A program made the position numbers and the translations under genes. The notes beneath the pieces were generated by a model. That model did no database searches, had not been told where the DNA came from, and saw only the letters and a list, made by a program, of their open reading frames with translations. A stretch of DNA of 63,331 nt, filler included, from Chrysochromulina tobinii (taxonomy: Eukaryota): assembly GCA_001275005.1 (NCBI GenBank). It is 3 parts of 3 records of this genome, joined end to end, with 100 filler letters (N's around TTAATTAATTAA, not from the genome) between each part and the next. Parts side by side here need not be neighbours in the genome. Positions count along the whole stretch, not along the records: positions 28,230 to 53,739 come from JWZX01001411.1; 2 more parts are not named here. One strand, written 5' to 3'. Every line of letters starts with the position of its first letter. Position 1 is the stretch's first letter. This document shows, piece by piece, positions 40,771-51,034 of this stretch.

Positions 40771-41354
40771 GGGGTATAGGGGTCAAAAGGGGATGGTGGC
40801 ATGAACCCTGATACACGAGACTCAAGAGTGGTGCGTAATGTTGTTAGCGGGAACCCGGGTGTGGGTAGCGTGGCGCCGCCCAAAATAGGCGTCGGGACGG
40901 GCAGGGCCAGGGCACGTCCGGATGGCGGCTGGCGCCGCGCCGGACCCGGCGCGCGCGCGGCCGCCGCGCGGCGGATCGAGTCAGCGGGGACACACGGGCG
41001 GCTTGTTTTCTGTTGTATGTTCAGCGTTTTCAGACGGTTATCAGACCATGTTTGAAGTTAATACTGCTGTATTAGATCCTGGCTGCTGGGTTTCATTTCA
41101 TGGTTTCATTTTAAATTTCAATTTTAAAGAGGGACAAGAGCGGGTAAATGAGACTTGGGTAAATAAGTGCAATTAGGGTAGGGATTAGACGCGGCCGCCC
41201 CTCACGCGCTCCCCCCCCAGACGCTGCGCCACCCATGACACTTGAAAACCTCGCATGCACGGCGCGATTCACTCTGCAGGCTGACGGGGCTGACATCATC
41301 AAGAATCTGTACTCGTACAGACTTGAGCCGCGAGTCTCCGTGTCCGCAACAAAC

Positions 41355-42760
41355 ATGCTGTCTCGCCTCGCATGTCGAACCGCGATGCCTTCATCCTCAC
41401 GTGCAGCTGCTGCTGGTGCCAGCTGCACGCAACGCTCGAAAAGCACGCTGCCCAAGAGTGGCACGTGGATTGACAGGGAGCTAGGCTACAATACGTGCGT
41501 GCCGACCGACCGCACACGCACACAAGCGGCAACGTCCGTTTGCCAATCTATCACGCGATCCTTTTGCTCTGAGCCGCGGCCGTGTGCGGTTCGCGTGCAT
41601 TCCGCAGGAAGCTCGTGCACGCCGCGATCGATCCGGATCCCATTTCAGGCGCCATCCTCACTCCCATCTACCAGTCGACCACGTACATTCAGGAGTCGAT
41701 CGAGCAGTACCTCGAGAAGGGCTACTCGTACTCGCGCACGAACAACCCGACGGTGTCGACGCTCGAGCGTAAGATTGCGATGCTCGAGGGCGGCTACGGC
41801 TCAGCGTGCTTTGGGACGGGCATGGCGGCCACCATCGCCGTCGTCAGCGGCACGATGAAGGCGGGCGATCACTGCGTCATCACAAACTGCTCGTATGGCG
41901 GCACGAACCGCGTGTGCCGAACGATGTTCACGGACATGGGGATGCAGTTCGACTTTGTCGACTTCACCGACGTTGCCACCATCGCCAAATACATCAAGCC
42001 GAACACGAAGCTCATCTTCTCCGAATCGCCTGCAAATCCGACCCTCACGTTGACCGACATCCCCGCCGTCTCGGCGCTTGCGAAGAAGCACGGCATCCCT
42101 CATGTGGTCGACTCGACGTTCGCAACGCCGATCATCCAGCGGCCAATCGAGCTCGGCGCCGACCTTGTCATCCAGTCGACGACCAAGTTCTATGACGGCC
42201 ACAACATGACCGTGGGGGGCGCCGTGATCTGCGCCACCAAGGAGCTCTACGAGCGCATCAAGCACATGCAGAATGTGCATGGCAACATCATGTCGCCACA
42301 GAACGCGTTCTACACGCTGCAGACGACGAAGACGCTCGCGCTGCGCGTCAAGCAGCAGAGCGCCACAGCGATGACGATTGCCAAGTTTCTCGAGAAGCAC
42401 CCGGCCGTTGAGACGGTGCGCTATCCAGGCCTCGACTCGCACCCACAGAAGGAGCTCGCCGACCGTCAGCACCTGGACGGTGTGCACGGCTCGATGCTCT
42501 GGTTTGAAGTCAAGGGCGGCACTGAGAGCGGCCGTGCGATGATGAACTCCATCCAGCGCCCGTGGTCGCTCTGCGAGAACCTCGGAGCTGCCGAATCCAT
42601 CTGCACAGCGCCCGCGGTCATGACGCACGCGAACATGCTCAAGGAGGACCGTCTGAAGGTGGGCATCACCGACGGGTTCGTGCGCATCTCGTGTGGCCTC
42701 GAGGACGCCGACGACCTCATCGCCTCACTCAAGCAGTCCCTCGATGCTCTACGCCGGTAG
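41355..42760 (+). CDS. Cys/Met metabolism PLP enzyme (cystathionine gamma-lyase/synthase family) with a mitochondrial-type leader; intron 41465-41607
   Basis: PIYQSTTY, YSRTNNPT, SESPANP, VVDSTFATP, QSTTKFYDGH (PLP Lys), VRISCGLED. Splicing gives ...SGT|KLVHAA. Confidence 0.92.
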
Positions 42761-43274
42761 ATTCGCGCGCGCATGCAACAGCCCTTGCATGCACGCAAGG
42801 TACGGTACGCCTCGCCCCGCCAGCGTGTCGCCTCCTGTGGCAGCAACGTGCCGGCCGTCCAGGCATCGAGCTCGATGCGACCTCGAGCGACATTGATGCC
42901 GGCATGCGAGCGAGCCTCAAGGCCGCGAGGCGTGTGCGACTGCGAGTGCGCAAGTCGGAGCTGCGTCGCCCGCGCGGCCGATGGCCAAACTGTAGCTTGG
43001 AGAGAGAATATGTACATGTGTTATTTTTTACGCACTCGTCTGTGGGCGCTTACATGTACAATGCGATTTTTGGGGGTGACCATTCACACCGTTATTCTCT
43101 TATTTCACGATGGCGAAACTTGGAGACGCGAAACGAGCCACCTTTGCCTTTTGGCCGGACACCTTGCTCCCAAGGCTCGCCAACTGCGCTAAAGGCCGTT
43201 GCGCGCGCGCGCTCGCGGGACCGCTGCAGCCGCCCGGATAGCCGCCGACCGCGCCCGTAGGCGGCCGTCGCATC

Positions 43275-46187
43275 ATGTCGGGAAAGGTGGGTGCGTCACC
43301 CCAGTACGCCGCCGTCAAGGCGGCGCTCGCTGACATCGAGAAGAGGCTCGCCGATCGGAACAGGCAGCTGTATCCGGGCCGGGAGATGAAGGCGCTCGAG
43401 CAGGCCACAGAGGAGGCCAAGAAGGCACTGGGCGCCCTCGTCGAGGTGCGCAATGAGTTGAAGGTCAAAAAGGCCGACAAGGTGGAGGAGAAGCTCGCCA
43501 AGACGCTCGAGCAGGCGACGGCGGAGCTGGAGAAGATGAAAGGAGCCGTGAAGTTAGTCGCTGAGAAGTCGCGGAGGACGCTCACGGCGGTGGTGGCAAC
43601 GGCGTCGGAGCTGACGGGCGACCGGGCGGTGATGCAGGCGACGCTCGATGCCGGCGTGGATGCAGGCCTGGATGAGAAGGAGCTCGCCGACGCGCGCGAG
43701 AAGCTGAGCGCGATCATCTCGTTCCAGCTCGAGCTGACGGAGGGCATTGAGTCGCTGCGCAATTTGTCGGAGGGCGGGGCATGGGACATCAACGTGCCCA
43801 AGCTCGAGGGGGCGATTACTGCCACCAAGGCGCCTGGCGGCGCGTACAACACGCTCCAGAGGCTGGAGGTAGAGGAGTGGATGAAGGTTCTCATCAAGCC
43901 GGAGCCGATGGCGGTGGCGACCGACGAGATGGAAAAGGCGCTCAAGACGGCGTTGGCACTCGGGATGGACGAGGCCGTGCTGAAGCCGCTGCGCAAGAAG
44001 AACGACGACGCGAAGACGACACAGAATGCCTACAAGGCCGAAAGAAAGAGGGCGAAGAAGCCGGAGAGCGAGCCGCCCGCGCCGCCGGCGAGGCCCGAGC
44101 CGCACGCCGACGTCGCCAAGATGAAGGCGGATCTGGAGGCGTTGCTCGAGGCGGCGGCTGTGAAGCTGGCGGAGGCGAAGGCGACGTACGCGATGAAGGT
44201 GGCCGTCGAGGGCATCGACCCTGCCGAGCTGCTCGATCTCGGAGTGCGCCCGCTCACGGAGATGCCGCCAGTGCTGCTGATGCTCAAGGAGGCGCTCGTG
44301 ACGGCTCAAGCGGCCTCCGCCGACCCGGAGAAGCTCGCCAAGGCACAGAAGGCGTACGAGGACGCGATCGTGCAGCGCAAGGAGGCGCGCCAGGACCTTG
44401 CCAAGGAGCGCCTTGCCGGCGCGTGCACCACGCCGCCCTCGGATTGCGACATGGCAGCCCTGAGCGCGGCGATCACGGTGGCGGAGGAGGAGGGCATCGA
44501 GGAGCAGCTCATCTTGGATGCAAAGGCGCACGAGTTCGTGTGCCGCAAGACGCAGAGCGAGGACAAGCTGCTGCCACTCGCGCAGCCGCAGCTGCTCACT
44601 CACGACGGCTTCGGCATCATCGAGGATCTCAAGCTGGCCCTCGAGGAGGCCAACCGGTGCGGAGGGCAGGAGGACCTGCGAATCAAAGCACAGGCGAAGC
44701 TCGACTTCTGGCTCGAGGCGCGCACGAGGCGCGACAATGCGCTCAAGGCTCTCACGACGGCGATGAAGGTGCCGACACTCATGATCGACGTGGCCAAGGT
44801 GAATGAAATCCTCATCGAGTGCATCGAGGCGCGCGTCGACCCAGCGATCATCGAGGAGAGCGAGAAGCGCATCGCGAGCCTAGGCAAGTCGGCCGGGCTC
44901 TTTGCCAAGGCGGAGAAGCCGCCGGGGCTGCTCAATATCCCCGAGCTCATGGCCGAGCTCGCGGATGTGGGCGGTGAGGAGCAAATGTTCCAGCAGCAGC
45001 GGCAGGAGGAGCTCGAGGTGCGGGTGGGTGCCCTCAAGGCGAAGATCGAATTGATTAAGGAGACGATGGACCAGCAGAAGAAGCGCGATGCGTTCCTCAA
45101 GAAGCAGGTGACGAAGCGCGCGCACCATCAGAAGCCCGAGGACCGGTCGAAGACGGGCGAGCTGCTGCCGGCGTGGGTGCGCACGGATACGATCACGGAG
45201 CGGGAGATCGAGCATGAGATCCCCAGACCGCCCGCAGCTCAGCAGGAGATTGAGCTCCGTGCACTCGAGCAGGAGTTGATAGGCGCTCAGGAGGCGCTCA
45301 AAGCGCAGGTGGCGGTGATCAAGGCGATTGCACTGGATGCGACAGTGCCGCAGGACCTGGTCGCCTTTGCGCAGAAGAAGCTCGCGATCGCGACGGTCGC
45401 CGACCGCATGCAGACCCTGTGCGAACCTGCAATCTCGCCGCTCGAGATCGATTGCGCGGCGCTCGAGGCGGCGATCCGAAAGTGCGAGGAGAAGCATGCC
45501 GCCATGACCATATTTGGCATGGGGGAGTTGGACGTGAACGTTCCCGATGAGGTGCTTGCGACGGCCAAGGCGCGTCTAGCCGCCGCCACCAAGGCGCAGT
45601 CCAAGCAGTCCAAGAGCCGCGAGGCGCTCACGGCGCGCGTCAACGCGCCCACCGGCACGGCGACGTTCGACACGCTGGTCAAGCTCGTCGCCGAAGCCAA
45701 GGAGAACTGCGTGGAGGAGGCGCTCATCTTGCGCGCCGAGCTCAAGCTGAAGAAGATGGAGGACTTGGCGGCGGCGAGCCTGCGTGCAGGGCCGCTCGCT
45801 TTCATCTCGTTCCACTTCCCATGCCTGCGCCCCCTTCTCGTCCCGTGCGCGATCTCGATGATCGAGCAGGCCGAGGTGAAGCGCCTCGAGATGGCCTCGA
45901 GGCAGGAGGCGGCGCGCAAGGAGCTGATCGAGCTCGTGGGCAGCTGGCACTACGGCATCTTCGACAGCTCGCTCGAGAGCACGGACGAGGTCGCGCTGAA
46001 GACGGCGCTCAAGGTCGGCTTCGAGGTGGGCTTGCCGCAGGAGGACCTCGAGTTAGCGCGCATCAAGGTGCAGGTGATGGACAAGTACAAGCGCGACAAG
46101 ACGATCGGTCTGATCCAGGACGCGAGCGCGGAAGGCAGCGCGGCCATGGCCAGCAAGGATGGACAGAAGATCTCGAAAAGGGTATGA
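43275..46187 (+). CDS. Large alpha-helical / coiled-coil protein of unknown function
   Basis: 970-aa ORF, Glu/Lys/Ala-rich helical repeats, strong coding-like codon use. Confidence 0.8.
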   Translation: MSGKVGASPQYAAVKAALADIEKRLADRNRQLYPGREMKALEQATEEAKKALGALVEVRNELKVKKADKVEEKLAKTLEQATAELEKMKGAVKLVAEKSRRTLTAVVATASELTGDRAVMQATLDAGVDAGLDEKELADAREKLSAIISFQLELTEGIESLRNLSEGGAWDINVPKLEGAITATKAPGGAYNTLQRLEVEEWMKVLIKPEPMAVATDEMEKALKTALALGMDEAVLKPLRKKNDDAKTTQNAYKAERKRAKKPESEPPAPPARPEPHADVAKMKADLEALLEAAAVKLAEAKATYAMKVAVEGIDPAELLDLGVRPLTEMPPVLLMLKEALVTAQAASADPEKLAKAQKAYEDAIVQRKEARQDLAKERLAGACTTPPSDCDMAALSAAITVAEEEGIEEQLILDAKAHEFVCRKTQSEDKLLPLAQPQLLTHDGFGIIEDLKLALEEANRCGGQEDLRIKAQAKLDFWLEARTRRDNALKALTTAMKVPTLMIDVAKVNEILIECIEARVDPAIIEESEKRIASLGKSAGLFAKAEKPPGLLNIPELMAELADVGGEEQMFQQQRQEELEVRVGALKAKIELIKETMDQQKKRDAFLKKQVTKRAHHQKPEDRSKTGELLPAWVRTDTITEREIEHEIPRPPAAQQEIELRALEQELIGAQEALKAQVAVIKAIALDATVPQDLVAFAQKKLAIATVADRMQTLCEPAISPLEIDCAALEAAIRKCEEKHAAMTIFGMGELDVNVPDEVLATAKARLAAATKAQSKQSKSREALTARVNAPTGTATFDTLVKLVAEAKENCVEEALILRAELKLKKMEDLAAASLRAGPLAFISFHFPCLRPLLVPCAISMIEQAEVKRLEMASRQEAARKELIELVGSWHYGIFDSSLESTDEVALKTALKVGFEVGLPQEDLELARIKVQVMDKYKRDKTIGLIQDASAEGSAAMASKDGQKISKRV

Positions 46188-46466
46188 GGTACCCCCGCCG
46201 GCGCCGGCTGCAGTGTGTGATCGGGGCGGTATGCACGGGCGGCGGTGTCTGCTGCATGGCGGTGTCTGCGGCATGGCAGTGACGGCGCAAGCCAGCGCAT
46301 GCAGCGGGTCGATCTCGGGCGATCTCTCGGATGTGATGTCTCGCATGGACTCAAACGTAGTAATGTGTGCATTGTGCGCAGAGTGGCGTGCGTCACTGCA
46401 TCGTCCAAGGAACACTTCACCATTTCCTTTTTTGGACGGCGGCCGGACTGTGAAATCGCCTTTTTG

Positions 46467-49018
46467 ATGGCGTCGCCGGACGTGGCGCAGCTCATCGCGA
46501 GCGCCGCGCTCGCCCTCCGCCGCACAGACGCCGCGGATGTGCGCACGCGTGTTGCGCTTGCGCTCCGGCTAGGTGCTGCCTTTGAGCACGGCGGGCAAGA
46601 AATTCGTGCCGCGCGCTCGTTTGGGCTCGCTGTGAAATTGGGAGGTGGCACCGAGGCGTACATGGCCCTCGGCATGGTTCTGGGTCGTTTGCAGCGCGCT
46701 GAGCAAGCACGTGAGGCCTTTCTCGCTGCACGGGCCCTCAGCCCTGGCCACGCTCCGACGCACCGCGCGCTTGCACTCGCCGAGTCCTTCCTCGGTCGGC
46801 CTGAGCACGCGGCCGAGGCGTTGGGCCGAGCGGTGCGCCTGATGCCCACGTACGAGGACGCGCACTTCGAGCTCGGCCTCGTGCACCAACGGCTGGAACG
46901 GCCGCACGCCGCGCTCGCGGCGTACGACGCGCTGCTCGCGCACAATGGCCGCCATGCGGGCGCGCTCACCAACAGAGGCACCGTGCTCAAGGAGCTTTCG
47001 CGGGCGCACGAGGCGCACGCAGCCTACCTTCGGGCGCTGCTGGTGGCGCCAACCATGGGCGAGATCTACAACAATCTGGCGGTGCTCGCCACAGGCGAGC
47101 TCCGCTTACCCGAGCTCGCGCTTCGCCACATCCAAGACGGTCGACGCCTCTCGCCTTCGATTGATTGGGATACGCCCCAGGGGCTCGCCCTCTCTCAACT
47201 TCGACGGTACTCGGAGGCAGCGGCCGCGCTCGCGGCGGCGGCGCGTGCGGCGCCGTCGAGCGAGGGCGCCGCGTGCCAGCTCGCGATTGCGCGCATGCGG
47301 ATCGCGGACTGGAGAGACGTCGAAGGGCTCATGCACAGAGCGAGAGCCGCCATCGAGCGTGGTGCGTGAGCTCATCGAGCTCTGATGACCTCTGATTAGC
47401 TCTGATTAGCTCTGATTACCTCAGCCATCGAGCGTGGCGCGTGAGCTCACGAGTGTGATGGCCTCCGATGGCCTCCGATGGCTACTGATGGCCTCCGATG
47501 GCTACTGATGGCCTACGATGGCCTCCATCATCAGGTGCGTGTGCTCGTGATTGGGATCCATTGTATGGGCTCGCCTCACCTCTCCCCGCACGCTCGAGCC
47601 GACTGTATGCCGAGGCACGCGCGCAGCGTGACCTTACGACGGCACGCCTCGTGAGGGTTGCCCAATACGGCGCGCACAGCGAGGGCACGAGCGCACGCCG
47701 ACAGTTCGTCAGTTTAGTCAACGGCTCCGGCAGTTTAGTCAACGGCTCCGGCAGGCGTGCGGGTGTGCACGTGCCAACACGGCGCTCCTTACGGGTCGGC
47801 TTGCTGTCTGCGGATTTGCGGCTACACGTGATGGCCTTCCTCACGCTCGGGCTCTTCGAAGAGCTCTGCAGGCGGGCGGAGGCTCCCCACGCCACCGGCC
47901 GGGAGATCGGGGGGGATCGGGGCAGGTGGCGCTCGGCACGGCGCGGCGCTCTTCACGACTCTGGCGGGGCCCCATTACGCGTGAATGCCGAGCGCGGCGG
48001 CGCAGGCTCGGGTGTAGGCTCGGTTGTCGGCGCGGGCGGCAGCTCGGGTCTGGAGGTTTGGACCCTCTCCCTGAGCGCCGACGACGATTCCGGCTGGCAG
48101 CCCCGTTTTGTGCACGCCGCCGCGGCCGGTCGCCGTTTCGTCAACCTCTCCGAGATCATCGATCTCGCTGGTACCTCGGCCGCCGCGGATCGCATCGCAT
48201 CTCTCGGGCTGGATGTGCTCATCGACCTCAACGGGTACACCACCGATGAGCGCGCGGAGCTCTTGGCAATGGGCCTCGCGCCGATCGTGATGCATGCTGT
48301 GGGATACCCAGGCTCGATGGGAGCCTCCTTTGTCCCCTATATGCTCCTCGACCGTTACGCCGCGCCCCCGCTCGCCACGGCGCGTGCCCGCGAAGCGCTG
48401 AGCGAACGCCTTGTGCTACAGCCGCACTGTTATCAGGTCAACGACCACGGGCGCCACCCGCTGCCGCCATCGCACGCGCAGCAGCAGCAGCCGCAGCAGC
48501 CGCAGCAACAGCAGCCGCAGCAGCCGCAGCAGCAGCCGCCGCCGCAGCAGCCGCCCTCGTCGCAACGGCCGATCCTCATCAACTTCAACCAAGCGTATAA
48601 GCTCTCGCGCGTGGCTGGAGAGCTCTGGTGCGCGGCGCTGCTGCGCTCGGGGCCCGACTCCCGCCTGTGGCTGCTGCGTCAGCCGGACGATGCCGAGCCC
48701 TTTCTGCGTGCCGAGCTCGCCGCGTGTGGCGTGCACGAGCGGCGGCGCGTCATGTTTGCGCCCATGGTGGCGGACATCCCGGGGCACCTGGCGCGGGTGG
48801 CGACGGCAAGCCTGGGCGTCGACACGCCCGAGTACAACACGCACACGACCGGCTCGGACGCCCTGTGGGGCGGCGTGCCCATGGTCTCCGCGCCCGGCGA
48901 GCCGATGGCGGCCCGCGTCGCCTCCTCCCTCCTCAAGGCGACCGCGATGTCCAGCGGCGTCGTGGGCGGACTCAAGGAGTATGTAGACGCGGTGGCGGCG
49001 CTGGTCGCCGCGTCGTGA
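46467..49018 (+). CDS. OGT/SPINDLY-like TPR + GT41 glycosyltransferase; exons 46467-47361, 47535-49018
   Basis: TPRs; LRVGLLSADLRLHVM, LDVLIDLNGYT, GYPGSMGA, NFNQAYKL, DTPEYNTHTTGSDALWGGVPMV, MAARVASSLL. Confidence 0.88.
47362..47534 (+). other. GT-AG intron (173 bp) with two decamer arrays and an internal copy of the donor junction
   Basis: 47424-47449 matches 47349-47374 at 25/26. TCTGATTAGC and GCCTCCGATG arrays. Ends cgatggcctccatcatcag. Confidence 0.88.
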
Positions 49019-49192
49019 CGCGGTGCGCCGCGCCGGTGAGGTGTGCGAAAGTATCGCCTACATGTCACGTACTGTATGAACTTGAACTTACTCCGCGGTT
49101 CCCAAACTTTCTTTCCAAAATAGTTCTCCTATAGTCGCTCGCTCCGTCGATTTACTCGCTTTGCTTTTGCGCTTGCAGCAACCCAGACCGCG

Positions 49193-50827
49193 ATGGAGAG
49201 CTTGAGTGCCTCCCTCGGGCCCAATCGAACATCACGTCCATCATCGCGTCCATCATCATCGCCTCCATCTTCATCATCTCGTCCATCCTCGTCGCCTCCA
49301 TCATCGAAGGCCTTGCCTCCGCCAACCGGCTCCAATCCGGCAGCCGCAAAGGCAAAGGCAGAGCGGACAAAGATGGAGATGGAGACCGAGCGGGTGGCGG
49401 CGATGGGTATTCGAGACTGGCAAGTTCATGAGGCGGCCGATGCGGAGCTCGCCGCGCTCCGGGCCAAATTGGATGCAGAGCTCCGCGCTAGGGAGGAAGC
49501 CAAGCGCAAATGGATGGATGCGGAGCCGCTGCAGATGAATCCGCGCCAAGAAACCCGCACCAAGGAATTAGCCAGACTGAACGCCATTTTCAAGCACGAT
49601 GAGGATGCTGGGAATGCAATTGAAGCCATGAAAATACTGCGGCAAAGCCCTCCGAATAGCACCACTGGAGGCAGCAAGATCCTAGCGGCAGTCGAAGGCC
49701 TTCGCAAACTAGAGAAGAAGCCAGAGGAGAAGCTGGCTGCTATGAACCTGGCTGCGACCGACCAGACGTTGGACCTATCGGACGATCACATACACCTCCT
49801 CCGATCATCCACTGCTGGTGGAGGTTCGCCTGCACTTCGCGACGTGGAGTCGCTCCGCTCTGAAGCACTTGAAGCACGCCGTCGCTCCGTTGAAGTCAGA
49901 CGCAATTCCTTTGGCGAGGACTTCGGAGAGTACAAGAAGACGCCATCGTCAAACATCCTGTGCTGCAAGACAGCCGGAGCTTTTTCGGTGCTGGTGCTAC
50001 TTCTCTTGGTCTTCGCTCGACGGCCGATAAAGGAAGAGGCAGAGGTTTTCAAGGCAGGGGTTCTTCAAATCGAGGCAGAGGTTCTCGGAGAAGTGCTTCT
50101 CGTGGAACATGCCATTCAATCGGAACTCGTGGAATTCGGCTTTTTTGGCCTTCCGCCCCCGGCAATGCCCCCCCTCCCGCCCTTCCCTCCAGGCTTTGTG
50201 CCGTTTCCGCCTCGGCCGCCGTTTCCACCGCCGTTGCCACCACCGCCGCCACCGCCGTCGCCGTCGCCACCACCGCCGCCGTCGCCGCCACCGCCGTCTC
50301 CGTCTCCGTCACCGCCACCGCCGCCGCCATCGCCATTGCCGCCACCGCCACCGCCACCGCCACCGCCATCGCCATTGCCGCCACCGCCACCGCCACCGCC
50401 ACCGCCATCGCCACTGCCGCCACCGCCACCGCCGCCATCGCCATCGCCGCCACCGCCGTCGCCGCCGTCGCCACCGCCACCGGCAATGCCACCATTGTCA
50501 CCACCATCGCCGCCGCCGCCGCCGCCGCCACCGCGGTCGCCGCCGCCACCGCCGCCCTCGCCGCCACCGCATCCGCCGCAGTCGCCGCCACCGCCACCGC
50601 CGCCGTCGCCATCGCCGCCCTCGCCGCCAGCGCCACCACCGCCGAAAGCCATCCCCGTCCATACTGGGGTTCTCTCATTCGTCGGCACCGCCGTCGCTTC
50701 CACCGCCGCCGCCACCGCCTTCGCTCTCGTCTTCTTCGTAGTGCAATTGTACCGGCTGACATGCGGCGGCGGTGTAGGCATGGGGGGCGCCCTCAAAAGA
50801 GGGGCTCCGGGCCGGCAGTGTATGTGA
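49193..50827 (+). CDS. Membrane protein with an extensin-like Ser-Pro(n) tract between two TM segments
   Basis: AFSVLVLLLLVFA; long SPPPP tract (~50150-50645); AFALVFFVVQLY. Confidence 0.75.
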   Translation: MESLSASLGPNRTSRPSSRPSSSPPSSSSRPSSSPPSSKALPPPTGSNPAAAKAKAERTKMEMETERVAAMGIRDWQVHEAADAELAALRAKLDAELRAREEAKRKWMDAEPLQMNPRQETRTKELARLNAIFKHDEDAGNAIEAMKILRQSPPNSTTGGSKILAAVEGLRKLEKKPEEKLAAMNLAATDQTLDLSDDHIHLLRSSTAGGGSPALRDVESLRSEALEARRRSVEVRRNSFGEDFGEYKKTPSSNILCCKTAGAFSVLVLLLLVFARRPIKEEAEVFKAGVLQIEAEVLGEVLLVEHAIQSELVEFGFFGLPPPAMPPLPPFPPGFVPFPPRPPFPPPLPPPPPPPSPSPPPPPSPPPPSPSPSPPPPPPSPLPPPPPPPPPPSPLPPPPPPPPPPSPLPPPPPPPSPSPPPPSPPSPPPPAMPPLSPPSPPPPPPPPRSPPPPPPSPPPHPPQSPPPPPPPSPSPPSPPAPPPPKAIPVHTGVLSFVGTAVASTAAATAFALVFFVVQLYRLTCGGGVGMGGALKRGAPGRQCM

Positions 50828-51034
50828 GACAAATGCCAGTTGCCCCTTTTATGAAGAATCGGTGTCTTACCCGGTACCTCACAAGCAAGACATTTGTTTT
50901 CTCATCACGGTTCGCTGTTCACATCGATATCGTCATCAAGATTGTCGAGTTCTTCAATGATGGCGCTTCTGGCTTGGCTATTGGGAGGGCAGTGCTGCTA
51001 GCCACGGCACGCTTTCCTCTCCTCCCGTGATTGC

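Noticed and set aside
3400..47534. Junction duplications as pure assembly or read-join artefacts
   Set aside because: They coincide with GT/GC-AG ends, restore frames and motifs, carry mismatches, and follow gene strand. An artefact is unlikely but needs long reads to exclude fully.
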